Source: the human T2T-CHM13v2.0 reference genome, Homo sapiens
Length of the DNA stretch: 64,000 nucleotides
Strand: one strand, 5' to 3'
NCBI RefSeq assembly: GCF_009914755.1
Contig: NC_060925.1
The notes beneath the pieces are model-generated. The model had not been told where the DNA came from. It worked only from the letters and a program-made list of their open reading frames with translations, and did no database searches. Made by a program: the position numbers and the translations under genes. This document shows positions 14,867 to 28,662 of this stretch, one piece after another; the stretch's first letter is position 1, and each line of letters starts with the position of its first letter.

Positions 14867-14997
14867 CAGGGTTATATTCAAAATATTTAATGCCCAGTAT
14901 GACGTTAAAGCCAGCACTAAGCAGCTGTAACTAACGTACGCAGCTGTAAACAGCTGGTACGTCCATGCCAGAGTGTGGCTGCCGATCGTCTGCCCTG
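14867..14997. mobile_element. Small hAT-type MITE (MamRep1894-like)
   Basis: CAGGG...CCCTG termini; begins CAGGGTTATATTCAAAATATTTAA; 8-bp TSD-like flanks GACAGGGG and GACGTGGG (6/8). Confidence 0.6.
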
Positions 14998-16370
14998 GAC
15001 GTGGGCACCCAGCAGTTCCTGGGGGAGAAGCAGCAGTGTCTGGATGATGTGAATTCGGGTGAGTACACCTGAGACAGCGATGGGAGGACACTGAGCGGGG
15101 GTCAGAACCCTCCAATTGAGTGTTGATGTGGATGGTTTTTCTGGACCTTCAGGCTGGTGATACCTGGGAATATTTGGATTATAATTAGAAAGCTGAATTA
15201 AACAACCATCTCCTGAGGTTATGGGAGAAAAACTGGTTTTCTAATTGGTCACTTTCCAAACTAGTTTTGTGCAGTCGCTCACCCCGAACCGCCCCCACTT
15301 ACATACTCACATCTCTTCCCAGCCCCCACACATGAGTCTGTGTCTTACTTTCCCTAGATGTTCACGAATGATGGCAAATGTAAATAGGGTGCAGTTTCAG
15401 CCTCACTCAGTTTCCTCCATGTGATAAGATGCCTTTGCTTTGTCTACATTTCAGACACTGTTCAACAGGAGAGCACCCAGTGATCTGGAGGCAGTATGAT
15501 GGCTGGGTGCCTGGGACCAGGCCAGTCCCTGGGTGTTGGCTGCTCATCTCTTTCTCACTGTAAAACGAAACTCATTCCGTTTTAAATTTGATCTCGGCAG
15601 GTTTTTTTTTTTTTTCTTTTACCACCTGGTCTACCATCCAGGACACAGCTGTGAATTGGCTGTTTGATGATTTTTTTTAAACTATTCTTTTGAAACTCTT
15701 CTTCTTGGCCTCCCAAAGCCAATAGATCCATGCAGACGGGCAAAGATAATGAAATTGTATCATTTGATCACTCTCATTGCCCAATACCCCGAGGTTTTGC
15801 CCAAACCTCAGGGTGTTTGCTCTTGAAGAGAACGCTCCTCTCCTTTATCAACATTCTGAAGCCAAACTACAACTTATCTCTCAGGTATCTGAAAGTCATC
15901 TGCTCAGAGGAGAGGGATTGGGGAGTTGGACAAAGCAGCTATCCTACCTTTAGAAAGAACTCTCCACAGCTCTGGACATCTGAGTCTGTTGCATTGAAGG
16001 GAAGTGGCCAGGGCAATGGGTAAGGAGTGCAATGGGATCTCTTATTCCCCACTGGGAACAAGCAAAGGGAATGTTCATTTTGGATTACGTGTCTACAGGG
16101 TGTGGCGTTATTCCATCACCCTTCCTCCTCTCCCCTGCTACAGAATACAGCACAGCTGTGTCTGTTTCTAATCAGACAAGGGCACCCTTTCCCTCTGTGC
16201 TGCAGGAATTGACTTGGCAGGAGACCTTCCCAGGCCAGGGGAGACGCAGGACACTCACTGCGAATTTCTGAAGGGCTGCCTGAAAAAGGGGCCCGAACAC
16301 CACCCAAACCTGGAGCGTCCTGCTTCCAGAGCTGTGACAAGGGACTAGAGGACTGCAAGAACCCCTTACT

Positions 16371-16550
16371 CAGTGGCCTCAAACCTGCTGAGTATGAAGA
16401 CAGCCCAGGAGACTATTAGAATGCAGATTCCTAGGTCCTGCCTCAGGGCTTTCAACCGAGTATGTCTGAGAAGGAGCCCAGGATCTGAATTCTTAACAAA
16501 TCTTACCGAAGGAATTCTCATAGACGATCAGAAGATTGGAAATAGTAATA
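16371..16550. mobile_element. MER5A-like hAT-Charlie relic
   Basis: cagtggcctcaaacc...aatgcagattcctaggtcc...gagcccaggatctgaattcttaacaa. Confidence 0.55.
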
Positions 16551-16706
16551 TAGTCCAACGTTTCTCAGCCACTGTGGCCCCTTTCAAATACTCTCCAGAG
16601 AGAAGGACAACATGAGATTTTTCGGAAAAGCTCCCAGTGATGCTTAAACCTTCCCTCACCCCCTCCCTTCCTGCTACTGGACTCAGGGATCAAGAAAGAG
16701 AATGTT

Positions 16707-17024
16707 GGTGGGGCATGGTGGCTCACTTCTGTAACCCCAGCACTTTGGGAGGCCAAGGGGAAGATGCTTGAGGCCAGGAGTTCAAGACCAGCCTGGGCAA
16801 CATAGCAAGACCCCATCTCTACTAAAAAGGTAAAAAATTAAAAGAGTCCACTGGTGCACACCTGTAGTCCCAGATACTAGTGAGGCTAGGGCAGGAGGAT
16901 TGTGTGAGTCCCCATGTTTGAGGCTGTCCTGAGCTATGATGACACCACTGTACTCCCCTCTCTGGGCACCAGAGTAAGACCCTGTCAAAGAAAAGAAAGA
17001 AAAGGAAGGAAGAGGAAGAAAGAA
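16707..17024 (+). mobile_element. AluJ
   Basis: Dimer with GA-rich tail; TSD AAGAAAGAGAATGTT at 16692-16706 and 17025-17039. Confidence 0.95.
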
Positions 17025-18307
17025 AAGAAAGAGAATGTTGGCAGATGTGGCCCTGAGGCCACACAGGCTGGAGATCCACACTCAGTGCTCCCCAAGCCAA
17101 AGCTGGGACCAGCCTCCGGGGCTGTTCATGGTCTAGCAGTCCACAAGGCAGACTGAGGTTAGAGGCAGGCCCTGGGGCAAGGGGAGGCTGAGGGAAGCAC
17201 CCAGCCCCACCCTGCACAGACCTGCAGTGGAGATGCACTCTGATCAAACTAGGGGGCGAAGGATGGCAGGCAGGGGGTTGTAAGGACAGTGATGACCAGT
17301 CCTGATGCCTGCACAGTGCACACCAGCACCAGCCCTCACCAATAGCAGGAAACAACACTGAGCTCCCCTCCAAGCGTGTCCATGATGTGGCTGGTCTGGG
17401 AAGCGGAGGTTTCCCAGAGCAATGTCCAGAGCGTGGAGCAGAGACTCGCTCTGGAGGAAGCCAGGGGAGCAGCCTCCTCCCTAGAGCTTTGGAAGAGCCT
17501 GGGTTAAAGGTTAGCTGGGTGCTCAGAGGGCAAGCAAATGCAAAGAGAAGCGGAGCCGCCTGGAAGGGAGGGTCTTGGGAGCTCAGCTGAGCTCATTAAC
17601 TTTTAAAGCTGTTCTTGCCCCTCATCCCTCACAGCACCTTTCCCCAGGCAGCCTGAATTGCACAGCCCTGCCCGGAAGCTGCTGCTGCTGCTTCAGTGAC
17701 TCTGGCACCCTGAGAAGCCTGCGTCACCCTTAACCCAGTAATAACTGGGCTATTCAACCTGTCAGTCCTTCCCAGAACCCAGCAGTCCCCCAACGCCTGA
17801 GAAAGGAAATGCAGCCTCCAAAGGCACCAGGCCCACTACTGGGAAAATTCTTAAGACACTGACATTTTAAGTTAAGCCCATGGAAGGGGAAAACTCAAGA
17901 GAGCTCATTAAACCTCCCAGGTAAAAATGCTGTAATGGAAAAGGCTGGGAAACTGACAAGCAAAAAAGTGTGACCCTTTCTCGGGTTTGACGCCCAGTCT
18001 CTGGCCAGCCTGGCCCTGACCTCCCACCCCCTGGGGTCCTGTCCACCAAGGAGTCAGAGTCAGCACTGGCCTGGCTGGGCCTTCTAAGTGCAAAGGAGGC
18101 TGTTCCAGGCTCCCTTGGGGCATAAAACATTTACAAGTTGGCAAATTGTGGTTACACAGATTTGTTATTTAAGCCAGTTAGACATGGTTCGGCCCCATGA
18201 TCAGCCTTTCCAGTTCCTCTTTGTTTCTTTGTTCTGTCAGCCCTTGGCAGTGCGGAGTGACAGAAATAACCCTGACCTCCCAGTTCAGCTGCTAGGAAGC
18301 TGTCTGG

Positions 18308-18472
18308 GGCCAGGCACAGTGGCTCACACTTCTAATCCCGGCACTTTTGGGAGGCTGAGGCAGGAGGATCTCTTGAGCCCAGGAGTTGTAGTTTATAGCG
18401 AGCTATGATCACGCCACTGCATGCCAGCCTGGGTGACAGAGCAAGACCCTGTCTCTAGAAAAAAAAAAAAAA
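18308..18472 (+). mobile_element. Alu monomer (FAM/FRAM-like)
   Basis: Single ~150-bp arm followed by an A-tail. Confidence 0.85.
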
Positions 18473-19147
18473 GAAGCCGTGCAATCTGGGCACCTCAGGC
18501 ACTCTCCATCAAATGCATACATTTCCACTCGGAAACGTGTTATCCCTTCCGGCTTCAACATTCAGCAGCTGAACACAGGAGAGAAGCAGAGTTGAGGCTG
18601 CAGGTAGGTTTTCAGCATAGGCCAGTTCTGCTCCTGGAAATCAGCTTTCAGCATCTCAACTGCTTCCCAACCCACCTTTTCTAAGCTTTCGTGGTTACTT
18701 CCACAAAACTAGGCATTACTATTGCTTTGAGATTTTTGTGAGAGTCAGACAAAGGTTTGTATTTACCAGAGTTCTTGGCTGCAGGCAGCTGGAATCAATA
18801 CTAGCTAGTTAAAGCAGAAAGAGTAATTTATTAAGAGGTCTAGACAACCCATAGAATTTTCAGGAAGGCTAAACACAAAACAGACCATAGGCGTAGCTTC
18901 TGGAAGATGGCTCCTCTTCCAGTATCACTGGGACCTCACTGCTTCTGCAGTTATAGGCCACGAGAGTTGCACAAAAACGAAAAACTAAGTTCTTTCCCAA
19001 GCCACCACTACTGGAGGCTTCATGTCAACCTAAGCTAAAAATATTCCTAATTAATTAACAGCATATTTGACTTCCCAAACCCTAAGACTTCCCAAACCCT
19101 AAGAATGTATTTCTTCTCATTTTCCATGGGAATTCAAACTCATCTCT

Positions 19148-20170
<1,023 letters not shown>

Positions 20171-20207
20171 TCTTGGGTTTAATTCCAACAACTCAGTGTG
20201 GGATTTT

Positions 20208-20506
20208 GTTTTTGTTTTTGTTTCATTTTGTTTTGTTTTTTGAGACAGAGTCTTACTTACCCTGTTACCCAGGCTGTAGTACAGTGGTGCAATCTCAGCT
20301 CACGGCAGCCTCAACCTCCTGGGTTCAAGGGATCCTCCTACCTCAGCCTCCGGAGTAGCTGGAACTACAGGTGCATGCCACAACACCCAGCTATTTTTTT
20401 CTTTTACAGACGGGGTCTTGCTATGTTGACCAGGCTGGTCTCAAACTCCTGGGCTCAGGTAATCCTCCTGAGATTGAGAGTTAGGCGTGAGCCACCTAAC
20501 CCAGCC
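20208..20506 (-). mobile_element. AluJ
   Basis: TSD CAGTGTGGGATTTT at 20194-20207 and 20509-20522. Confidence 0.95.
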
Positions 20507-21011
20507 TCCAGTGTGGGATTTTCTGTGAGGAGTAAACACATTCATGAGTGTGGGCTTCGTGGCCCCTCTGAGTGGGATGTCTTCATGTCACTGCCTAGAG
20601 ATAATAATAATTGCTCTGGCTCCTGGAAGCCGCTTTGCTTACTTATTGGTGTCTTGGTTGGTTACCAGATCAGTAGTACCCTGTGGATAAGAGCCTATGC
20701 CACTGTGCAGTATTTTCATGGTTTAAAAAACATTTTGACACATTGTTTAAACAAAGATTACCACAGAAAACAGGGTGAGATTAAAATCCTGGCAACTGGA
20801 GTCAGACTCCGGAGTTAGATGGAAAAACTGTACTGCTCCATTCCCCAAACATGGATGTAAGATGGGGCTGGCTGATCAGGCACAACTGCAGCAGGTGGGA
20901 GCTGCTCCTGGTGACCCCCACCCCACCTCCCCCAACCACATCTGCAGGGACAGGCATTCTCTTCCAAGAATAATGCCATGCTATGCTACTAGAAGAATGA
21001 GTGAGTATTCA

Positions 21012-21210
<199 letters not shown>

Positions 21211-24002
21211 GAATGAGTATTTAGTGGTAGAGTTTCGAAGGACAAAAGCACAGTTAAAAAAAGACTTAAGTTCTCTGGGCCAAGAGAAAGTAGCAAATGA
21301 TGGGCACCGCTCTCTTTAAAGTACACTTTCCTGACTCAGCTGTCCTCTTTTCCTCCTCCATTCCCACCAATTCTGGGCTACAGGCTTTTCCTCTACTCTC
21401 CCACAGCATCCTCCCTGAGCCCTCAATCAAAGCACCTACAATACTGCCCTCATAGGGAGGTGCTATCTTTCTGTCTTTCCCTGAGCGCTGGGACCCATTG
21501 CATTTCACCCATTTATCCCCAAGGCCTAGCACATGTCTAGCACAACACAGCAATTAAATAAACCCTGTGGAATAAATTAATTGTGGAATAGCCTGGTTTC
21601 CATGGATGGTTATACAGGTTGTGCACTGCACAACCATGTGCAACATTCCTGGAAAAAGACAGAAATTTATTGATTGGTTGGGGGTTTTGAATAGCCAAGG
21701 AAAACTATTTGACCATTGCATGCCCTCTACCTGGGAAAATCACATACCCTAACAACTTCTTAGGCCTTACTGCATGGTCACATGGGGTAACATTCATACA
21801 GTTTCTCCAGCTCTCTAGTCTGCCCACAAAGGTGATATTGTTTAAAGGGGCAATCTTTCCTTGCCTTCCACCAGTCTATTCTTAACTTGACCCAGGTAAT
21901 CTCTTTCACTGCTTACCAAAGATATTTCAGCTCCAGCTATCCTGTTTGCAGAATGGTGACGTATTCCATTAGGCAGGCAGGGCCTAACAAATATCCTCTC
22001 TGAAGCCATCAGAAATTGTGTCACTTAAACCTGGGCCTGGCAAGAGCCCCAGGCCCCAGCATGTCTCAGAATGCCCAGCACTTGCTGTCTGCCATGTCTC
22101 AGAACACCCACCATCAGGACCAGCCAGGAAGAAGGAAGAGCTTTCATCACAAGCACACTGCGACAGGGGGCCTACATTGAGTTCCCCTCAAGAACCATCC
22201 AGTGGCACAAGCTTCATGGAGACTAAGGGATTTTTCTAGGGTAACTGGTTTTCCAACCATATTACTCAGGTCATGAGAGAATCACAGGTGTTAGGTCTGG
22301 ATGCACGCTTAGAAACCATCTGGCATCCCCCTCGCTTTACAGATGAGGATGCAGAAGCTCAGGGACACAGCCAAAGCTCAACCATCCATGGAAGTGATGG
22401 GCACAGAGAGTCAGAAAGATGAAAGCTCATGAGGGCCTGTCACCACCAACTCTTCCCACCAGACCTGTGCAGAGGAATCTAACTTAGAAGTTAAACCTTT
22501 TGGAGAATCCCTCCTACTCACTCTCTACAGCCCCTCCACATCGTGCAGGCAGGCTGTGTGCTGTTAGAACACGGCATTCTTACTCAGAACTCCAGGCCTT
22601 TGCTTCTGCCATTCCTCCCACCAGGAATGCCTTTTCCTTCCTCTCTAGCCATATCTTATGTTTCCTTCAGGGACCAGCTCCAGTGCCATCTTTGAGAGGG
22701 ACCTCCCTTCTTTCTATTCTACAGAGTAAATGATTCCCTCCTTCACACTCCTCTGACGGTGAGAAACTTCCTTTAGGAAGGTGATCGAGTTGTTTTTCTG
22801 CCTGGATCACTTTCGTGCTCATCACCCTCAGATTTCAAGCCATTTATCTCTTCTTTGTCCTTCTGGGACTGACTCAGATGCCACCTCCTTCAAGTAGACT
22901 TCCCCGACTGGCTCCCCTCCCATTTTGCCTTCCAATGATCCTGCTTATTTCCTTCATTGTGTTCATCACCAGCTGTAATTTTACATTTGCTCTTACTTAT
23001 TTGCTTATTAAAAAGTATTTATTGCACTCTTGCTACATTTCAGTCACTTTCAGATGCAACGATAACAGGAAAGATGGGATGCATGCTCTCAGGATGTTAC
23101 ATCCTGGTACAGTTGAGACAAGAAACAGGAAACACCACAGACACTATGATGAACAATTGCAGACGGTGCCGGGTGACAGATGAGGCAGTAAATCCAGGCG
23201 AGGGGTGAGGGCAGCTTGGCCAAGGTCCATACCACTACTTAGTGCCTGGAAAGCATGCTCCATAAGGACGGGGACTCTGTACCTGGGCTGCTAGGGCACC
23301 CGAGGGGCCACAGGCAGGCAATGCACATTCACTGAAGATGTCAGTGGGTATTCCTTTCTCATCCGCCCAGCACCAGACCCTGAGCCCCTCAAGGGAAGAG
23401 ATTACTTATAATTTATCTCTGTATGTCCTATACCTGACCCATAGCAATATGAGTGTGTCCCCCCAAAAGACCCATTCTCCATCTCATCTTCAGGGAACAT
23501 AAAGCAGATCAGAGAAGGTAAGCCGCCTTCCTCCTCTCATTCAATGCAAGAAATGATGCACAGCTGCTTTATCTATGGAATGTGACAAATGACCTTGTAT
23601 TTATTCTACTTGGCTTAGCTCATCAGTGCTTTGCCAACTGTGTATTGTGGCTCATTTATCCATCTGATACACCTTTATTGGATGTGCACAGATGTCAGTG
23701 GCACTGTGGATCACCATAACTCCTCAAGTGGGAGCTGCCCCAGCCTCCCTCCAAACCGAGCTCCCCCCTCCCCGCTCCACCCCATCCCGCTCCCTGAAAT
23801 CTGATCCCTCCCTGGAAGCACACAGGAATCTTTCCTGTCTGGGAGACCACAGTATCCCCAGTCCCTAACACAGTGCCATGCTTACAGCAGGGGCTTAGTC
23901 AATGTTTTGCAGATAAATGGGGCCCTGCTGGGGACTCAGGGGTGGGGTGCAAAGATGCATCACATTGGTGGTGCAACAGGATTTGTTTGAAAGGCAGGGA
24001 TA

Positions 24003-24369
<367 letters not shown>

Positions 24370-24589
24370 CTATCACTATAACAGGATGCTGCTTTCCACG
24401 CAGGATCCATGCCCTTTAATCAGAACTGCATATGGGAAAGCTCAGCAAAGCCATATGGCCATATACACAGAAATGACGGTGATAGTATCCCTATGACTGA
24501 GAGCATGGCAAGAAGAAACTGGAGGAGTTTCCAGGTTTCTCGGGGATGGGATTCCCACTCATGGTTTAAGGCACAGAATCAACGTTGTC

Positions 24590-24808
24590 TCTCTAGGAAG
24601 CCTCCCCATCTACTGGAGCCCCTGGGGTGCATCACCGAGTCACAGCACCCGCTGCTTCACTGCTGTTATCTGCTGCTTGTCTGACTCCCCCACTACTCCG
24701 AGGGGTCACTCAGGACCAGAATGGTGTCTTATTTATTTTGAAACCTCGGCTCATAACAGAAGGCCCTGGCACATAGAAAATGTTGTATAAACTTTTGCTG
24801 AACTGAAT
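24590..24808 (+). mobile_element. L2 3' end
   Basis: ttgtctgactcccccact...cctggcacatagaaaatgttgtataaacttttgctgaactgaa. Confidence 0.65.
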
Positions 24809-25059
24809 TCTTATTCCAACCTTCTCTCAGATTTATTAAAGACACAAAAGGCACGTCTGTAGACTGAAGACGTTTTTGGCTTCGCACCCAGCTCTTGGTC
24901 TAACTCAGTGTGCGCGGCCAGGATCCGTAATGATGTGTTATGGAGACGAGTAACGTTGTTGGATACTGAGCAGTGCGTTCAGGCCGCATTCCTGTGGGCA
25001 CGCGCTCAAGTCCATCATCCCTCAGCAGAGGCCGCGTATCACACTGGAACACACACAGC

Positions 25060-25283
25060 CTCTGCAACCAGACCCCGGGCCAACGTGTGGCACCCAAGTG
25101 TGAACAGTGGGGTCCTTCAGTGAGGTACTTAAACTCTCTGTGCCTCAGTTTCTCTTCTGTGAAATAGAATGGTAATAATGCCTGGCATCTGGGGTCATTG
25201 GGGGGATTAAATGAGCTAATACATGCAAAGAACTGAGAAAGCATTGACACGTGACAAATGCCGTGTGGATGTCAGCTATTGTT
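25060..25283 (+). mobile_element. MIR
   Basis: acttaaactctctgtgcctcagtttctcttctgtgaaatag...ggattaaatgagctaatacatgcaaag. Confidence 0.8.
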
Positions 25284-26208
25284 CCTACTGAGGCAGGACA
25301 CACAGTGGCCTGGTGGGAGGGGCGGGGTTTGATGTTGCAGGTATTACTGGAAGCCTTCTCCTTGCCCGACTTCCCCAGATATTTCTTCCACATCCTCACC
25401 TTGGTGGCTTTTGTGATAAAAAAAAAAAAAAAAAAAAAAAAAGATGGCAGTAGACATAATGCCTCCCAGGATTCTGTATCCCCATCCCCAACCATCCCCA
25501 GTCCTTATCTGGGTGGTCAGGACCACGGCTTCTGGGGTGCATCCCTGTCACTCAGCTGGACTCCAACTCCTTGGTCACCAGCACAGAGCCTAGTGCCAGG
25601 TCAATACTTAGAATATGGTATGTGGATAGGCTGCTCCTTGTTGCTAGACTGGCTGGGGCTGTAAGTTCTATATAAAAGAGTTCTCCATGAGGAAAAGAGT
25701 AAAATGCATAATTGTGGATCTGAATTCATCCAAGGCAATTATGGTGAAGCCACCCCTCTGGCCAGTGACCTGTATGTGCCCGCAGCTGGTTTAAGGGTAG
25801 AAATGTGGCCCAGCTCTGTTGGCTGTGACAGGAAAGGGAGAAGTCTCCCAAGAGGCATCTGAGGAAGATCTCTTTGGTCTAAATTTAAAAAGAAAAAAAA
25901 ATGCTTGGCAGGAAATCATCGCCTTCTTCTACTGAACGTTCTTGTAGAATAAGGGGTCCTGACACTGTGGCATTTACCCTACGACCATGCAGTGGGCCTC
26001 TGACAAAGATGCAGGATGAAGATGGGGCTCAACAATATGGTGGAGCCTCGAAGCCAACCAGCGCGCAAGCTCTCTCACCACATGTTCTTGGAGATGGTAT
26101 TTTCACCTCCTTGGCTGAGCTCTTGGGGGTTGCTTTTTCTGTTATGGGACCAGTTAGGATGCATTTGGCTGATAGTCACCAAAAAACCAACTAGCCGATG
26201 ATTTAAAT

Positions 26209-26402
26209 CAGGAGATGGCAAGCTTTTTCTGCAAAGGGCTAGAACATAAATATTTGAGGCTTTGTGGGCCACACAGCCTCTGTCACAACAACTCATGCCT
26301 GTCCCTGAAGCTCAAAAACACCACTGGTGAAATGTAAGCACAAGGCTAGCTGTGTGCCAATAAAACACAATTCGCAAAACCAGGCTGGTTTTGGCCCACA
26401 TG
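26209..26402 (+). mobile_element. MER58A (hAT-Charlie)
   Basis: caggagatggcaagctttttctgcaaagggc...taaatatttgaggctttgtgggccac...gctgtgtgccaataaaac. Confidence 0.75.
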
Positions 26403-26716
26403 GTTTAAGCCATGAAAACATTCATCGTTTACTTAATAAAAATCCCTGGCAAGATCCCAGGCCTGGCTGGGTAACTGTGACGTGGGCACCTCTGCAGTTT
26501 CCCATCCTTCCTCCCCAGGCTCCAAGGTGGAATGGACAGGAGGCCGAGAGGGGTCCCAATGTCCTCCTCACTGCCCGGCACACTGGCCTTGCATTTCATG
26601 TGCCATCCTCAGTGGCAAGGCGAGGTGCTGTCTCAGCCTCTGTCGTGAGAAATGAGCAAGTGGGGAAGTGGGTGGGGACGGCTCCGGGGAGCTGACCAAG
26701 AGCGTCAGCCACGTGA

Positions 26717-27137
<421 letters not shown>

Positions 27138-28100
27138 AAACTTATTTTTAAATATTAAATTTCAATTAAATTAATATGAATTTTACAACTTAACAAAATC
27201 GCAGAGACAAAAGGAACACTCAGGAAGTAATTTGAAGTACACTGTCAGAAAGGTGTCTTATGATCTGATTGTAAAATAGTTCATCCTTCACAAACTGCAT
27301 TCACATGCCTTTTAACTGTGTCCTCTTGAGAAGTTTGTGAGGAGGTTTCAGTCCCCAGGTTGCAGGTGAAACTGGCAGAGTTGGGGGTTTAAACTCGGAC
27401 CCTCTCAACTTCAAGCTCAGGTGTCTCTTCTGCTCAGCACTGTTAGATTGCACAGTGCAGCCCACAGGTGGCTAAGCCTGTGGCATCAGGTGCCAGGTCC
27501 GGGGGAGAGGTTCAGGAGGGATTGGAGAGAGCCACAGGGCTGTCCTGAGAAGATCATCTTCCTGCTCTGCTCAGTGGCCTCTGGTCAGAACCAGGAGGAG
27601 AGGTGGAGACTTCCTGGGGACCCAGAGCTCACAAGGCAGCCAGGCCCAACAGTCAAAATGGATGAGCTGTCACCCCAGATGTGCTCAGGCGCAGAAGGAA
27701 CAGCCCTTGGAAGGGGCTTTGGCCCAGGTTCAGTGTCAAGGGCTAAGTTCCTAAGGCCCCTTTCACCCCAGAAATTTCAGGCAAAGGCGAGTCAGGGAGG
27801 CTGAGTGGTCCAAGGAGCTGCCCAGGTGGCTGGCAGGACCTGTGAGTCAGAAGGGTGGGGGCTTGGAGGAAGGGCATGGGTGGAATGAGCAGGAGAAGGT
27901 CACGTGGTCAGGGAAGCTGTGCCAGCCGCTCCTCAAGGCTGAGAGACCTGGGGCAGTCAGGAGAGGTGGGCAGAGACACCACCTACACTCCCACCTTCTG
28001 GCTACCTCTATTCTGGGAGAAGGAGGCAGACATCCCACGTCTGCCCTCAGGACGCCCCATGAACGGTAGAACAAGAAAGAGATGCAAAAATGATTCTCAC

Positions 28101-28190
28101 TGGCCCTTGAGCCCCTATGCTCCAGCCCACTCCCACATTGTGGAGTGTACTTTCATTTTCAATACATCTCTGCTTTTGCTGCTTAAAAAA
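28101..28190 (+). mobile_element. Short retroposed LTR (U3/R) fragment with A-tail
   Basis: ctcccacattgtggagtgtactttcattttcAATACAtctctgcttttg followed by poly-A; exact TSD AAAAATGATTCTCAC at 28086-28100 and 28191-28205. Confidence 0.75.
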
Positions 28191-28304
28191 AAAAATGATT
28201 CTCACCACACACTGACGCTCCCACAGCCACACACACACCCGCACTCATACACCCTCGTATACACTCTCAGCCACACGCATATTCACGCTCTCACACTCAC
28301 ACAG

Positions 28305-28662
28305 TGCTATGGGACTGAGTGTCCACCCAGATTGGTGCATTGAAACTTAATAGCCAATGTGACAGAATGAAGAGATGAGGTCTTTAGGAAGGTGATGAAG
28401 TTACCAGGACAGAGCCCTCCTGCGTGGGGTTGGAGGCCTTATAAAAGGGCTGAAGGAAGTGGGTTCATTCCCCAACAAGAGGACACAGCGACCTCCCTTC
28501 CAGGGACCGCAGCAACATGGCACCATCTTGGAATCAGAGACCCCTGACCCTCTCCAGACACCAAAACTCCCAGCCTCCAGAACTGTGAGAAATAAATTTA
28601 CGTTGTTTATGAATGACTCAGTTTCAGGCATTTTATTACAGCCGCCGGAATGGACTACGACA
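28305..28662 (+). mobile_element. MaLR solo LTR (MSTC/MLT1A1-like)
   Basis: TGCTATGG...gcaacatggcaccatcttggaa...cagcctccagaactgtgagaaataaattt...ggactacgaCA; exact 5-bp TSD CACAG. Confidence 0.85.

Noticed and set aside
20198-20818. 206-aa ORF and other Alu-overlapping ORFs (240-476, 8675-8866, 12479-12736, 19661-20074, 23960-24282, 26596-27019, 34854-35158)
   Set aside because: The peptides are typical Alu translations (LECSG, QAGVQW, SASRVAG), and many start at non-ATG codons; they are not genes.
21616-21636. Perfect short palindrome GGTTGTGCA-C-TGCACAACC
   Set aside because: It is short and resembles an internal feature of MER91-like DNA transposon relics; nothing else supports a function.
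25417-25442. Isolated long poly-A run
   Set aside because: No upstream retroelement body or TSD is visible, so I treated it as a simple mononucleotide repeat.
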